Positions 31,501 through 39,279 of a DNA stretch of 52,600 nucleotides are shown here, one piece after another. The stretch covers positions 1 through 52,600 of the IMG/VR virus record IMGVR_UViG_3300017783_000031, one strand, 5' to 3'. The notes below the pieces were generated by a model, which was given only the letters and a program-made list of their open reading frames with translations, ran no database searches and was not told the origin of the DNA. This DNA is from a virus (Duplodnaviria; Caudoviricetes). Each line of letters opens with the position of its first letter. Position 1 is the stretch's first letter. Position numbers and translations under genes: made by a program.

Positions 31501-34500
31501 CTTTTTAGGTTCTGATGTTGGAAGATCAACACAAGGAACTAGAAAAACTGCAATTGTTGAAGCTATAGCAGAAGAAATAGCATTTGATGCTACAATGGAA
31601 GTATTAAATAGTAACGATGTAAAATCTAAATACGAACAAATTGCTGAAATAACGGGTGATATATTGCCTGATAATTATTTAGCTCAAATAGCAAAACAAA
31701 TAGATAGAAATGAAGACTTTAGGTTTTCAAAAAGTATTCTTAATGATTCGGGATTAAGCAATCAAGAATTAAGCTCTATTTTATTTAAAGGATTTATTTC
31801 TGCTGCTGGTAAGCTTGACCCTAAAATAATTGAAGTATTATTAGATGATGCATGGACAAAAAGTTTTCCAATAGTATTAGAGAAATATATATTGCCTGGC
31901 TATGCTGAAGCAATAAAAAACAAATCTATTGAGGAACAAAGCGATATAAGTAAATATTTAATTAATATTATTTCAAGACCATTAAGAACAATCTCTAGAC
32001 AAACGGAGGAATTAAATTATAATACAAATTATAGATTATTTAAAAAATTACAAGAAATTGCAGGAGATAAAATTTTTGGGCCCAATGAACCTATTCGCCT
32101 TGACGAAAAAATTATAGAATATAAAGAAGGACCTAATAAAGGTAAATTTAAAGAAAAAAGAACTTATATAAGAGATGTTGATGGCGTAGCATTAGGATCT
32201 TCTACGTACAATACTTCGGTGCAGAGTTTTCATAAAGATTTAATAAATGATAAGCTTTCAAGAGAGGAAGTTGATGGAGTATTTAGCGAAAATAGGAATA
32301 GGTTAAAAGAATTAATATTTGGCCTTGGGACTGAAAATAAAGGTTTAGCTATATCTCTCATTAAACTTACTCAAAAAGATCAAAGAGGATTATTGAGGTC
32401 TTCTGGTAACATAGGGGGGATTGTACAAAATTATTCAGGTGAAACAGTATTTGAGCATCGACCGCCGGTACAATATTTATTTGAAAAAATAGTTAATTAT
32501 ATACAACGACCAACAGATGCAAAAAAAGAAAAATTAAATACGTTATTAGACACTGCTCAAATAAACGTAGTGCCAAAAGATTTTGCAGATATAGTTGATC
32601 AAGATTATAAAACTACTATTCCTAAAGATGGTAAAATAAGTTATGAAAAAGCATTAGATCAAACTAATTATAATTTTGATGGAATGTTTAGATTTTCTAA
32701 ATCATTAGATAAGGAGTTTAATCAGCTGTTGCAAGCAACTACTGGTGTTGAATGGACAAAAGAATTTTCACCTGTTAAAGCTAAAATGCTTGGCAGAGGA
32801 AAAGGTAAAAAGTTTTTTATACCATATTCAGCTGATGATTTTGTAGGTTTATTATACGCTACATTAGGTAAAGGTAAAGTAGGAGATCGGCAAATGGAAT
32901 GGTATAATGAAAATTTAATTAGACCTTTTTCCCGCGCTATTCAACAATTTGAAAATGCTAAGCAAAATTCATTGCGTAAATGGATGGAACTCAAAAAAGA
33001 AGCTATTAAAGATGTGCCTGGTAAACTTGATAAAAAAAATAGTTCAGGATTTACAAATCAAGATTCTGCTAGAATATATATATGGAAATCACAAGGAATG
33101 GAAATACCAGGTCTTGAAAACGATCCACAAACAATAAGTGAAAATCTTGAAATTGTAAAAAACAACCCTAAATTAAAAGAATTTGCTGATAGATTAAAAG
33201 CTTTGAATTCAGAAGGCTATCCAGAGCCAAGCGCTGATTGGTCTGCTGGGGATATTACAACAGACCTTGTATCATATGTTAATGATGTAAAACGATCTGA
33301 ATATTTAACACAATGGAAAGAAAATGTAAAAGAAATATTTAATGACCGTAATAAAAACAAGCTAAGAGCGTTATATGGAGATAGGTATGTTGAAGCTTTA
33401 GACGATATATTAGCTCGCATGAGTACGGGCCGTAATAGAAGAAGCGCAGCAAGTAAAGCTGAAAAAGCTTTTATGGATTGGACTAATAATTCTATTGGTA
33501 CGATCATGTTCTTTAATGCTAGATCAGCAGTACTGCAAACATTATCAGCAGTTAACTTTATAAACTTTAGCGATAACAATCCAATTAATGCAGGATTAGC
33601 TTTAGCTAATTTCCCGCAATATGCAAAAGATTTTACAACATTATTTAATTCTGACTTTTTAAAACAAAGACGTTCTGGCTTACAAACAGACGTAAACGCA
33701 GATGAAATTGCGAATGCAGCTGCTACATCACAAAACAAAGCAAAAGCAATGTTGAGTTATATTCTTAAAATAGGATTTGCCCCAACACAAATAGCTGACT
33801 CATTTGCAATTGCTTCAGGCGGTGCCACATTTTATCGCAATAGAATAAAAAAATATTTAAAAGAAGGATTAGAACAATCTGAAGCTGAAGCAAAAGCATT
33901 TACAGACTTTCAAGAAATAGCGGAAGAAACGCAACAATCCGCTAGGCCTGATAGGATATCATCGCAGCAAGCAGGCTCATTAGGGCGCCTTATATTAGCT
34001 TTTGGTAATACACCTATGCAATACGCTCGATTAACTAAAAAAGCTGCTTTAGATTTAATTAATGGGCGTGGAGATTGGAAGACAAATATTAGTAAGATTG
34101 CATATTATAGTGTAATACAAAATATTATATTCTCCGCTTTACAACAAGGTCTTTTTGCTTTATTATTTGATGATGAAGATGATGATGATGTTAAGTCTAG
34201 AATATTTAGAATAGGTAATAGTAGTGTTGACACATTACTTAGAGGTACAGGGGTTTATGGTGCCGCGGCTGCTACTGTTAAGAATATGATATTAGAAATT
34301 ATAGAACAATCTCAAAAGTCTAGACCAGATTATACACAAGTTGCAATAGAATCTACAGCAATTTCACCACCAATCAATTCAAAATTAAGAAAATTAATAT
34401 CTGCCGGTAAAACTTTTACTTATAAGCAAACAAAAGAAAAAGTGTTTACAAAAGGCTTTAGCTTAGAAAACCCTGCATTTATGGCGGCTGGACAAGTTAT

Positions 34501-34735
34501 ATCTGCTGGTACTAATTTTCCCGCTGACAGAGTTGTTAAAAAATTAGATCATTTGAGTATAGCAATGCAACCCGAAACAGAATTATGGCAATCAATTGCA
34601 TTATCTCTTGGGTGGAGCAAATGGGATCTTAATATGATTGAAAAGCAAACTTCTAATAAAACCTTAACAACAAAGCAGTTGCAAAACTTAATGAAAAGAA
34701 ATAATAATCTTAAACAATTAATGAAAAGAAAATGA
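28535..34735 (+). CDS. Giant internal virion (ejection) polyvalent protein: hydrophobic N-region, zincin metallopeptidase (HELLH), sigma70 region-2-like domain, uncharacterised domain, conserved helical C-terminal domain (2066 aa)
   Basis: HELLH at aa 587-591 with downstream EE at aa 642-643; RFSKS at aa 729, 1063 and 1386; IIAEFKPIVDKIVNKYR..GILDMIMAYTPEK..LAAYINKFL sigma-like segment. Confidence 0.75.
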   Translation: MFELDGNEYTLDQVQAAAYKSGMMVDDYVQKYKFKELGKTTPTSPGADVEENAAPELTVTESPSVDISLELPQTGTVDSTLVTPPRKKTPSELRIDVTRQAMARANPMATLMPDFMIPILADWTAMTAELGAGVVDTAEILYELGLAGISDKTFDRISREQRIDMSEVYEGVEALRNIREKKYDEQGNELDAIGLWQSGRKGESAQQFISEAIGSLPATVLTYMMPGYGSAVIGLGTFGSEFERNLKERPEETAGLMLGNAALKGGSEALFEWLGGYTFKTLTRAATRGVTEKVIKDMTRTGVPYALRKILGIGAQAGVEALTESATGVTQLAADEMFFDDEIEAAQYWRTAIHSGVVGGLMGGGITAGTIGTQVALTGDRKKIAMSIIAPKKWRQEQLQIGIEIDRATKDYENAPDRKKAYFKNKIEVLEQRQQGRADRLSKVWDGLTRAEKIEYARLIDETNSQLDIIGNVKYTNQAQKEAQVLLDSAYTEMGAILGKDNIDIEQEQALSRIIKSGVSIAEAVGVAKKVLKDINIENVSNEVFQEVSKAITGKKSKSDALFFDGNNIYINRDISAATEQTNVLGHELLHYVMAKNFNVSDESLGPLVNSFKDYLKQTQPKILERIEQRLKKAYEGEAPLEEYLNIFSDIIAREKIIVDESITDKIKNSATRLLSSFGFGSVKLETGKDVFNFLRNYTKNVNNLKFKQLGVDIKSSKIGNEIKEDVERFSKSGASDKVQEIYEAQGAANAFDIIAEFKPIVDKIVNKYRNVPGFEYQLLKDEIETGKRGILDMIMAYTPEKAKGAPLAAYINKFLPKRAIEAANRILDTEFTLDVTEAKGVTDTTTEESIDITEEVNIADEIKSLRKEIGLPEELITKVKDAVIKTFGTKLPNPQDPKFRAELQKRFRTELKKPMAKFVGRQEAYESFLRNNFKSIYDKLPQSILNKRFKDFIEPVVDENGKQLREKTAEGNKIFTKKKITPAEFIKYFLGSDVGRSTQGTRKTAIVEAIAEEIAFDATMEVLNSNDVKSKYEQIAEITGDILPDNYLAQIAKQIDRNEDFRFSKSILNDSGLSNQELSSILFKGFISAAGKLDPKIIEVLLDDAWTKSFPIVLEKYILPGYAEAIKNKSIEEQSDISKYLINIISRPLRTISRQTEELNYNTNYRLFKKLQEIAGDKIFGPNEPIRLDEKIIEYKEGPNKGKFKEKRTYIRDVDGVALGSSTYNTSVQSFHKDLINDKLSREEVDGVFSENRNRLKELIFGLGTENKGLAISLIKLTQKDQRGLLRSSGNIGGIVQNYSGETVFEHRPPVQYLFEKIVNYIQRPTDAKKEKLNTLLDTAQINVVPKDFADIVDQDYKTTIPKDGKISYEKALDQTNYNFDGMFRFSKSLDKEFNQLLQATTGVEWTKEFSPVKAKMLGRGKGKKFFIPYSADDFVGLLYATLGKGKVGDRQMEWYNENLIRPFSRAIQQFENAKQNSLRKWMELKKEAIKDVPGKLDKKNSSGFTNQDSARIYIWKSQGMEIPGLENDPQTISENLEIVKNNPKLKEFADRLKALNSEGYPEPSADWSAGDITTDLVSYVNDVKRSEYLTQWKENVKEIFNDRNKNKLRALYGDRYVEALDDILARMSTGRNRRSAASKAEKAFMDWTNNSIGTIMFFNARSAVLQTLSAVNFINFSDNNPINAGLALANFPQYAKDFTTLFNSDFLKQRRSGLQTDVNADEIANAAATSQNKAKAMLSYILKIGFAPTQIADSFAIASGGATFYRNRIKKYLKEGLEQSEAEAKAFTDFQEIAEETQQSARPDRISSQQAGSLGRLILAFGNTPMQYARLTKKAALDLINGRGDWKTNISKIAYYSVIQNIIFSALQQGLFALLFDDEDDDDVKSRIFRIGNSSVDTLLRGTGVYGAAAATVKNMILEIIEQSQKSRPDYTQVAIESTAISPPINSKLRKLISAGKTFTYKQTKEKVFTKGFSLENPAFMAAGQVISAGTNFPADRVVKKLDHLSIAMQPETELWQSIALSLGWSKWDLNMIEKQTSNKTLTTKQLQNLMKRNNNLKQLMKRK
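28645..28700 (+). promoter_or_regulatory. Predicted programmed -1 ribosomal frameshift signal (G GGA AAG plus H-type pseudoknot)
   Basis: In-phase slippery heptamer 28645-28651; stem 1 ctcc(c)acatc/gatgtggag, stem 2 cgggtgc/gcacccg. Confidence 0.65.
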
Positions 34736-34899
34736 AACCAATAACAAGTAAAACGTGTACTCAATCTCCTCTTTTAAAAGATGCATGCTATAATAAAGTT
34801 GTAAGCCGATATGGCCCTAAAAATTCTGCTTATAGAAGTGGCGCAATGGCAAAATGTAGAAAAGTTGGTGCAGCTAACTGGGGTAATTCTAAAAAGTGA
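34732..34899 (+). CDS. Small basic protein (55 aa, ...DACYNKVVSRYGPKNSAYRSGAMAKCRKVGAANWGNSKK), not in the ORF track
   Basis: ATG overlaps the stop of the giant gene and TGA overlaps the next ATG; motif recalled from small conserved marine-phage proteins. Confidence 0.7.
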   Translation: MKPITSKTCTQSPLLKDACYNKVVSRYGPKNSAYRSGAMAKCRKVGAANWGNSKK

Positions 34900-35159
34900 T
34901 GGCATACAAAATGAAAAGGTCACCTTTTAAAAAAGTGCGTAAAACAGCAAAAGGAGCTGCTCTTAAAAGATGGTTTAAAGAGGATTGGAGGACACCTAGC
35001 GGTAAAAAAGGCTATGAAGGGGGAGAAAATACATTTAGACCTACAAAAAAAATTTCTAGTAAAACTCCATCAACATGGAGCGAATTAACTCCAGCACAAA
35101 AAGCAAGAGCCAAAAGAGAAAAAAATACTAAAGGTAGAGTAAGCAAATATAAAAAATAA
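34899..35159 (+). CDS. Small very basic protein (LKRWFKEDWR..FRP motif)
   Basis: 86 aa from ATG 34899, translationally coupled at both ends. Confidence 0.65.
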   Translation: MAYKMKRSPFKKVRKTAKGAALKRWFKEDWRTPSGKKGYEGGENTFRPTKKISSKTPSTWSELTPAQKARAKREKNTKGRVSKYKK

Positions 35160-35311
35160 TGAACTCACTAGATTCACTAAAAGTATACGGATTGAATATT
35201 ACAGCACTATTTACTACTATGGCTCCATTGACCCAGGTACTACAAACAATTGTATTATTGCTTACGGCGATATACACCATTATCCAAATATATAAAACAA
35301 CTAAAAAGTAA
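35159..35311 (+). CDS. Holin-like small membrane protein (50 aa), not in the ORF track
   Basis: MNSLDSLKVYGLNITALFTTMAPLTQVLQTIVLLLTAIYTIIQIYKTTKK: hydrophobic segments and a basic C-terminus; ATG overlaps the previous stop. Confidence 0.55.
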   Translation: MNSLDSLKVYGLNITALFTTMAPLTQVLQTIVLLLTAIYTIIQIYKTTKK

Positions 35312-35314
35312 AGT

Positions 35315-35728
35315 ATGAAGCTCCCCAAAAACGGTGTGGCGAAAGAAATTCGTCATTATGTAGGATCATTATTTATATTCCTATTGGTAATGTCTATTAT
35401 TTTTATTTTAATGCAGTACCCTGTATTAGAAACAAATAAAGAAGTGGTAATGATGCTCATTGGAACAATTTCCGCAAGTATTGGAATTGTAGTAAGCACA
35501 ATCACTGGTGCTAAACCTGATGATGTAAATGCTTTAAAAAATGAAGTTGAAAAGAAAAACAACCAAATAGATTTACTTGTAAAATCTAAAGATGATTTAG
35601 AAAAAATGGTTATTGATTTGCAAAAACAAATGCTTGAGAATCAAGATAATGTTATGGATAAAATTATTCTTAAAGCTGCTCTTGAACACGATGATAGATA
35701 TACAGCTAAAAAAGTAATGAATAAATAA
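35315..35728 (+). CDS. Two-TM membrane protein with C-terminal coiled coil (lysis-related?)
   Basis: Two hydrophobic helices followed by heptad repeats; last gene of the late arm. Confidence 0.55.
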   Translation: MKLPKNGVAKEIRHYVGSLFIFLLVMSIIFILMQYPVLETNKEVVMMLIGTISASIGIVVSTITGAKPDDVNALKNEVEKKNNQIDLLVKSKDDLEKMVIDLQKQMLENQDNVMDKIILKAALEHDDRYTAKKVMNK

Positions 35729-35763
35729 AAAAATAAGGGGCTTTGCGGCCCCTTTTTTTGTTT
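35729..35763. terminator. Bidirectional rho-independent terminator between the convergent arms
   Basis: A-tract, ggggc-tttgcg-gcccc hairpin, T-tract at the + / - strand junction. Confidence 0.85.
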
Positions 35764-35951
35764 TAGAATATTAATCCTATTCCTATACCAACCAGTGGGC
35801 CTATAACTGCCCAGGCTTCTAAAAACTTAATTTTCTTAAGTTCATCTTTAGTAAATACATTATCTTCTGTATTTAAAATTAGATTGCTAGCATCTCTTTT
35901 AGCTTTTTCTAATTCTGCTTCTAGTTTTTTTACTTTTTCTTTTAAAGTCAT
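35763..35951 (-). CDS. Small coiled-coil protein with a C-terminal TM anchor
   Basis: 62 aa ending AWAVIGPLVGIGIGLIF. Confidence 0.55.
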   Translation of the reverse strand: MTLKEKVKKLEAELEKAKRDASNLILNTEDNVFTKDELKKIKFLEAWAVIGPLVGIGIGLIF

Positions 35952-35966
35952 AATATAAATTTTAAA

Positions 35967-37709
35967 TTATCCATCGCAGCTTAAACAATCAGGATCCATT
36001 GCCGCTGCAGCAATATCTCCCCTCAATACAGACTCAGTACGCATATAGTACAAAGTTTTAATCCCTCGCTTCCATGCCTCCAAGTGTACTTGATTAATCC
36101 ATTTAGGGGTAGCTACAGATGGAAATGCCAAATTTAAACTTGCAGACTGATCTATATAATCTTGTCTAATGCCAGCTTGATTAACTAATTCCAACTGATT
36201 TATTTCCTTAAATGTTTTAAATACATTTTTTATCAATTCTCCTTCTCCTTGGTTAAGTCTTCCTGTGTGATCGTAAAACCATCCATCAAGTTGTTTAATT
36301 CCTTGAACGGATCCACCATCTTCCAAAATTTTATCCCAAGTTTCTTTATTGTCGATACCAATTTTTCTTAATACTTTTTTAAGTTCTTTGTTTTTACGTA
36401 TAAAAGTGCCTTTTGCCGACTGTTCAGTAAAAACATTAGCAGCCCAAGGTTCTATACCTGCAGACACGTTGCCACTGAGCTTGCTATTAGATACAGTAGG
36501 GGCAATAGCTCTAAGATGAGTGTTGCGCATTCCTGTTCCAACACACCATAAAGGTTCTCCATAAACTTCTGCAAGGTTCCTTGAAGCTCTTTCAGTTTCT
36601 ATTTTTATTTTTGAAAATATTTCTCGCGTTTTGAATTGTGCTAATAAGCTTTCGAAAGCGATTCCGTTTTTTTGGAGTAGGCTGTGCCACCCAAGGACAC
36701 CAAGTCCAAGCGCCCTGCCTTTCTCCGCACTGCGTACAGAGTTCTCGAATCCCTTCATATTCTTGGCTTTCTGGATAAATTCTTCCAGCACACCGTCCAG
36801 GAACCAAGTCGCGTCGTAAATTAAATTCGTATTCTTCCATTCGTCATATTTGTCTAAATTAACAGATGATAGACAGCAAACAAAAGAATGTGATTCATCT
36901 GTATGTAATGTTATTTCGCTACATATATTTGTCATATGAACTTTGAGTCCGTTTTGCTTATATGCTTTTGGGTTAGCTTTGTTTGTATTTCCCTTAAAGA
37001 GTATATAAGGTTCTCCAGTTGCTTTACGCTTTTGGAGAAGTTTTGACCATTTTGTTCTAGCTTCTTTATCTCCTGATTCAAGTCTTCGCATAAACTTGTC
37101 ACCGACCACAGCACACTGGTGGAGATTAAGTGACTGTCTATTAACGTCTCCTTTCGGTTCTCGTATCTCCAACCACTCTTCAAAGTCGGAGTGATCAATA
37201 TTGATATTAACTGACGCAGCTCCTCGCCGGACAGATCCTTGATTAGTGGCGAGTATAGTTGAATCGTATATCTTGCAAAACGGCACCACTCCATCAGATG
37301 TTCCATTACCTGTAATTTTAGCTCCGGCGGGTCTTATCATATTAACTCCTACGCCAACACCGCCACCATGCTTGGCTAAAAGCATCATTTCTAAATTTTT
37401 CTGTCCTATATCTTGTATACTATCAGCAACATCAATTCCAAAACAACTTATAGGCAAACCCCTATCTGTACCTGTATTAGATAATACTGGTGAGGCTAAA
37501 CACAACCACCCATCCCATATATACTGAAAAAATTTATCGGCTATTTCTGGTTTATATAAACGTCTTGCTACAGTTTTAGCAACACGCATATATGCTTCTC
37601 TAGGTGTTTCACCATTATATAAATAACCTCCAGATATTGTTTTTTTATAAACTTCTGTATCGCCCCACGCGGGGTAATCTTCGCCTTTTTTCCAGTCGTT
37701 ATTCCACAT
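35967..37709 (-). CDS. nrdA: Class I ribonucleotide reductase alpha subunit (no ATP cone)
   Basis: ASPVLSN, PISCF, TNICSEI (catalytic N-x-C-x-E), AIAPTVSNS, GIKTLYY, C-terminal CLSCDG. Confidence 0.95.
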   Translation of the reverse strand: MWNNDWKKGEDYPAWGDTEVYKKTISGGYLYNGETPREAYMRVAKTVARRLYKPEIADKFFQYIWDGWLCLASPVLSNTGTDRGLPISCFGIDVADSIQDIGQKNLEMMLLAKHGGGVGVGVNMIRPAGAKITGNGTSDGVVPFCKIYDSTILATNQGSVRRGAASVNINIDHSDFEEWLEIREPKGDVNRQSLNLHQCAVVGDKFMRRLESGDKEARTKWSKLLQKRKATGEPYILFKGNTNKANPKAYKQNGLKVHMTNICSEITLHTDESHSFVCCLSSVNLDKYDEWKNTNLIYDATWFLDGVLEEFIQKAKNMKGFENSVRSAEKGRALGLGVLGWHSLLQKNGIAFESLLAQFKTREIFSKIKIETERASRNLAEVYGEPLWCVGTGMRNTHLRAIAPTVSNSKLSGNVSAGIEPWAANVFTEQSAKGTFIRKNKELKKVLRKIGIDNKETWDKILEDGGSVQGIKQLDGWFYDHTGRLNQGEGELIKNVFKTFKEINQLELVNQAGIRQDYIDQSASLNLAFPSVATPKWINQVHLEAWKRGIKTLYYMRTESVLRGDIAAAAMDPDCLSCDG

Positions 37710-37920
37710 TCTCTAATTTTTTTTCTTTATTCCCAGAATCTTTCTGTGTATCTTCCTTGAGTTGATCTAGGGCTTTTTCGTAGCCAGGTATCCGCTTTAA
37801 GGTCTCTAGCGTCCCAATCAAGAGGTCTTTCATGTTTTGCATCTCTTGTATTATTTGTTGTTGGTTTGCCCCGAGTATCTCTACTCTTTTCCACATTTCT
37901 ATTATTTTGTTTTCTTTCAT
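37699..37920 (-). CDS. Hypothetical coiled-coil protein
   Basis: 73-aa ORF coupled to its neighbours. Confidence 0.55.
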   Translation of the reverse strand: MKENKIIEMWKRVEILGANQQQIIQEMQNMKDLLIGTLETLKRIPGYEKALDQLKEDTQKDSGNKEKKLENVE

Positions 37921-38174
37921 TATGCATTATATAAATAAATTAAATACCCTAAAGTTACATTTATGTTTACTATTACTAAATTCCATTGTTTTGCCACAAA
38001 AACTTGTGGTAAAGATAATAAACCTCCAAATACATATGTTATTGCACCTATATTATCAGGAAGCAAATAAGGTGAAATCATTATAAAGGCTGCGCCCATA
38101 TATCCAAGTCTATTAGATAATCTTTCTTTGGGCGTTAACTTTCTTTCTTTTACTAATGCTTTTAAATTTACCAT
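37920..38174 (-). CDS. Small multi-TM membrane protein
   Basis: 84 aa with three hydrophobic segments, between nrdB and nrdA. Confidence 0.6.
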   Translation of the reverse strand: MVNLKALVKERKLTPKERLSNRLGYMGAAFIMISPYLLPDNIGAITYVFGGLLSLPQVFVAKQWNLVIVNINVTLGYLIYLYNA

Positions 38175-39136
38175 ATATCTTCAAAATCTTCACCTTCATT
38201 TGCTTTAGAATAATCAGTTGGACGAACAGCAAAGAAGTCAGTATGAGTATGGCCACCAGTAAGATGATAGAACCAGTCCAAATTACTTGCTTTTTTTCCG
38301 TCATATGCAAAGTACTGCCCGAGGTCGAAGTAACCAAGTTCTTGTAATTTCTCGTTAAGTCTTTTTCTAATAAAATGTTTGAGGTCGTTAGATCTAAGAT
38401 TCTCAATGTCTCCTTGTTCGAACATTTTATCAATATATTTTTCTTCTGCTTCAAGCATTGTTTGGGCCGCTTTAATAACATCTTCTCTACAATCTTCTAA
38501 TAAATTTGGAATTTCTTTACACATATGTTGAAATAGTTTACATCCCATTCTGCTATGTAATGATTCATCCCTTACAGACCATTTCATTTGCTGCCCAATA
38601 CCCTTGAGTAAATTACGTAATTGGAAGCTATAAAGAACAGCAAAAGCAGAATAGAGACTAACTCCCTCTGCGAATGCACTAAATATTGCCAATGATTTAC
38701 CAATACCCACGGGATTGTTGCCATTATAAGTAACGAGATTATCAAATCTATCAGCCGTTGCTGGCTCATGTAAAAATGCTTCAAAGTTTTCAAGTCCTAA
38801 AGTTTCGTTTAAATAACTATATGCTACTGCGTGAATGGTTTCTTGCGAACCAAACATCATTGCCATTTGTTGTATTTCATGCTTGGGAAACCAAGATACA
38901 ACGTTTTGTGTCCAATAATCAGATACAGCACATTCTGTTTGAGCAAAACCTAGTAGTATATTGCCTACTAAATTTTTTTCTGATTCTGTTAGTTTTTCAT
39001 TCCAGTCTTTTACATCACCTGACATGGGTATTTCGGTATGTAACCAAAATGCCTGAGCTTGCTTAAGCCAACCTTCAGTATAATATTCCGGATATTCAAA
39101 TGGCTTATACGGTATTCTTTTGTCAAATAATCCCAT
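38168..39136 (-). CDS. nrdB: Class I ribonucleotide reductase beta subunit
   Basis: Start reassigned to ATG 39136 (MGLFDKRIPYKPFEYP); QETIHAVAY, EGVSLYSAF, RDESLH, DFFAVRPTDY. Confidence 0.95.
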   Translation of the reverse strand: MGLFDKRIPYKPFEYPEYYTEGWLKQAQAFWLHTEIPMSGDVKDWNEKLTESEKNLVGNILLGFAQTECAVSDYWTQNVVSWFPKHEIQQMAMMFGSQETIHAVAYSYLNETLGLENFEAFLHEPATADRFDNLVTYNGNNPVGIGKSLAIFSAFAEGVSLYSAFAVLYSFQLRNLLKGIGQQMKWSVRDESLHSRMGCKLFQHMCKEIPNLLEDCREDVIKAAQTMLEAEEKYIDKMFEQGDIENLRSNDLKHFIRKRLNEKLQELGYFDLGQYFAYDGKKASNLDWFYHLTGGHTHTDFFAVRPTDYSKANEGEDFEDIW

Positions 39137-39279
39137 TATTGTTTGTCTATTTCTAAGCATAAATCTACAAAAGGTAGATAAAGCACGTGTTGTACATATT
39201 CTTTTTCTGGATAAGATCTTATGCCTATCAATATTCCTGGGTATAACCCAATACTTAAATTCCAATTAGGTATATTCAT
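39136..39279 (-). CDS. Small hypothetical protein (47 aa, MNIPNWNLSIGLYPGILIGIRSY...)
   Basis: Read by hand; start and stop overlap the neighbouring genes; accounts for the spurious N-extension of nrdB in the track. Confidence 0.6.
   Translation of the reverse strand: MNIPNWNLSIGLYPGILIGIRSYPEKEYVQHVLYLPFVDLCLEIDKQ

Noticed and set aside
34688-34732. Short direct repeat ttaatgaaaagaaa at the end of the giant gene
   Set aside because: A two-copy micro-duplication in a low-complexity basic tail; no evidence of function
28535-34735. Virion RNA polymerase as in crAss-like or N4-like phages
   Set aside because: No DxDxD double-psi-barrel motif in a plausible context and no T7-like polymerase motifs seen; the only Asp run (DDEDDDD) is a low-complexity linker
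39137-39265. 43-aa N-terminal extension of NrdB in the ORF track
   Set aside because: The region is better explained by a separate coupled 47-aa gene in another frame; NrdB similarity starts at MGLFDKR
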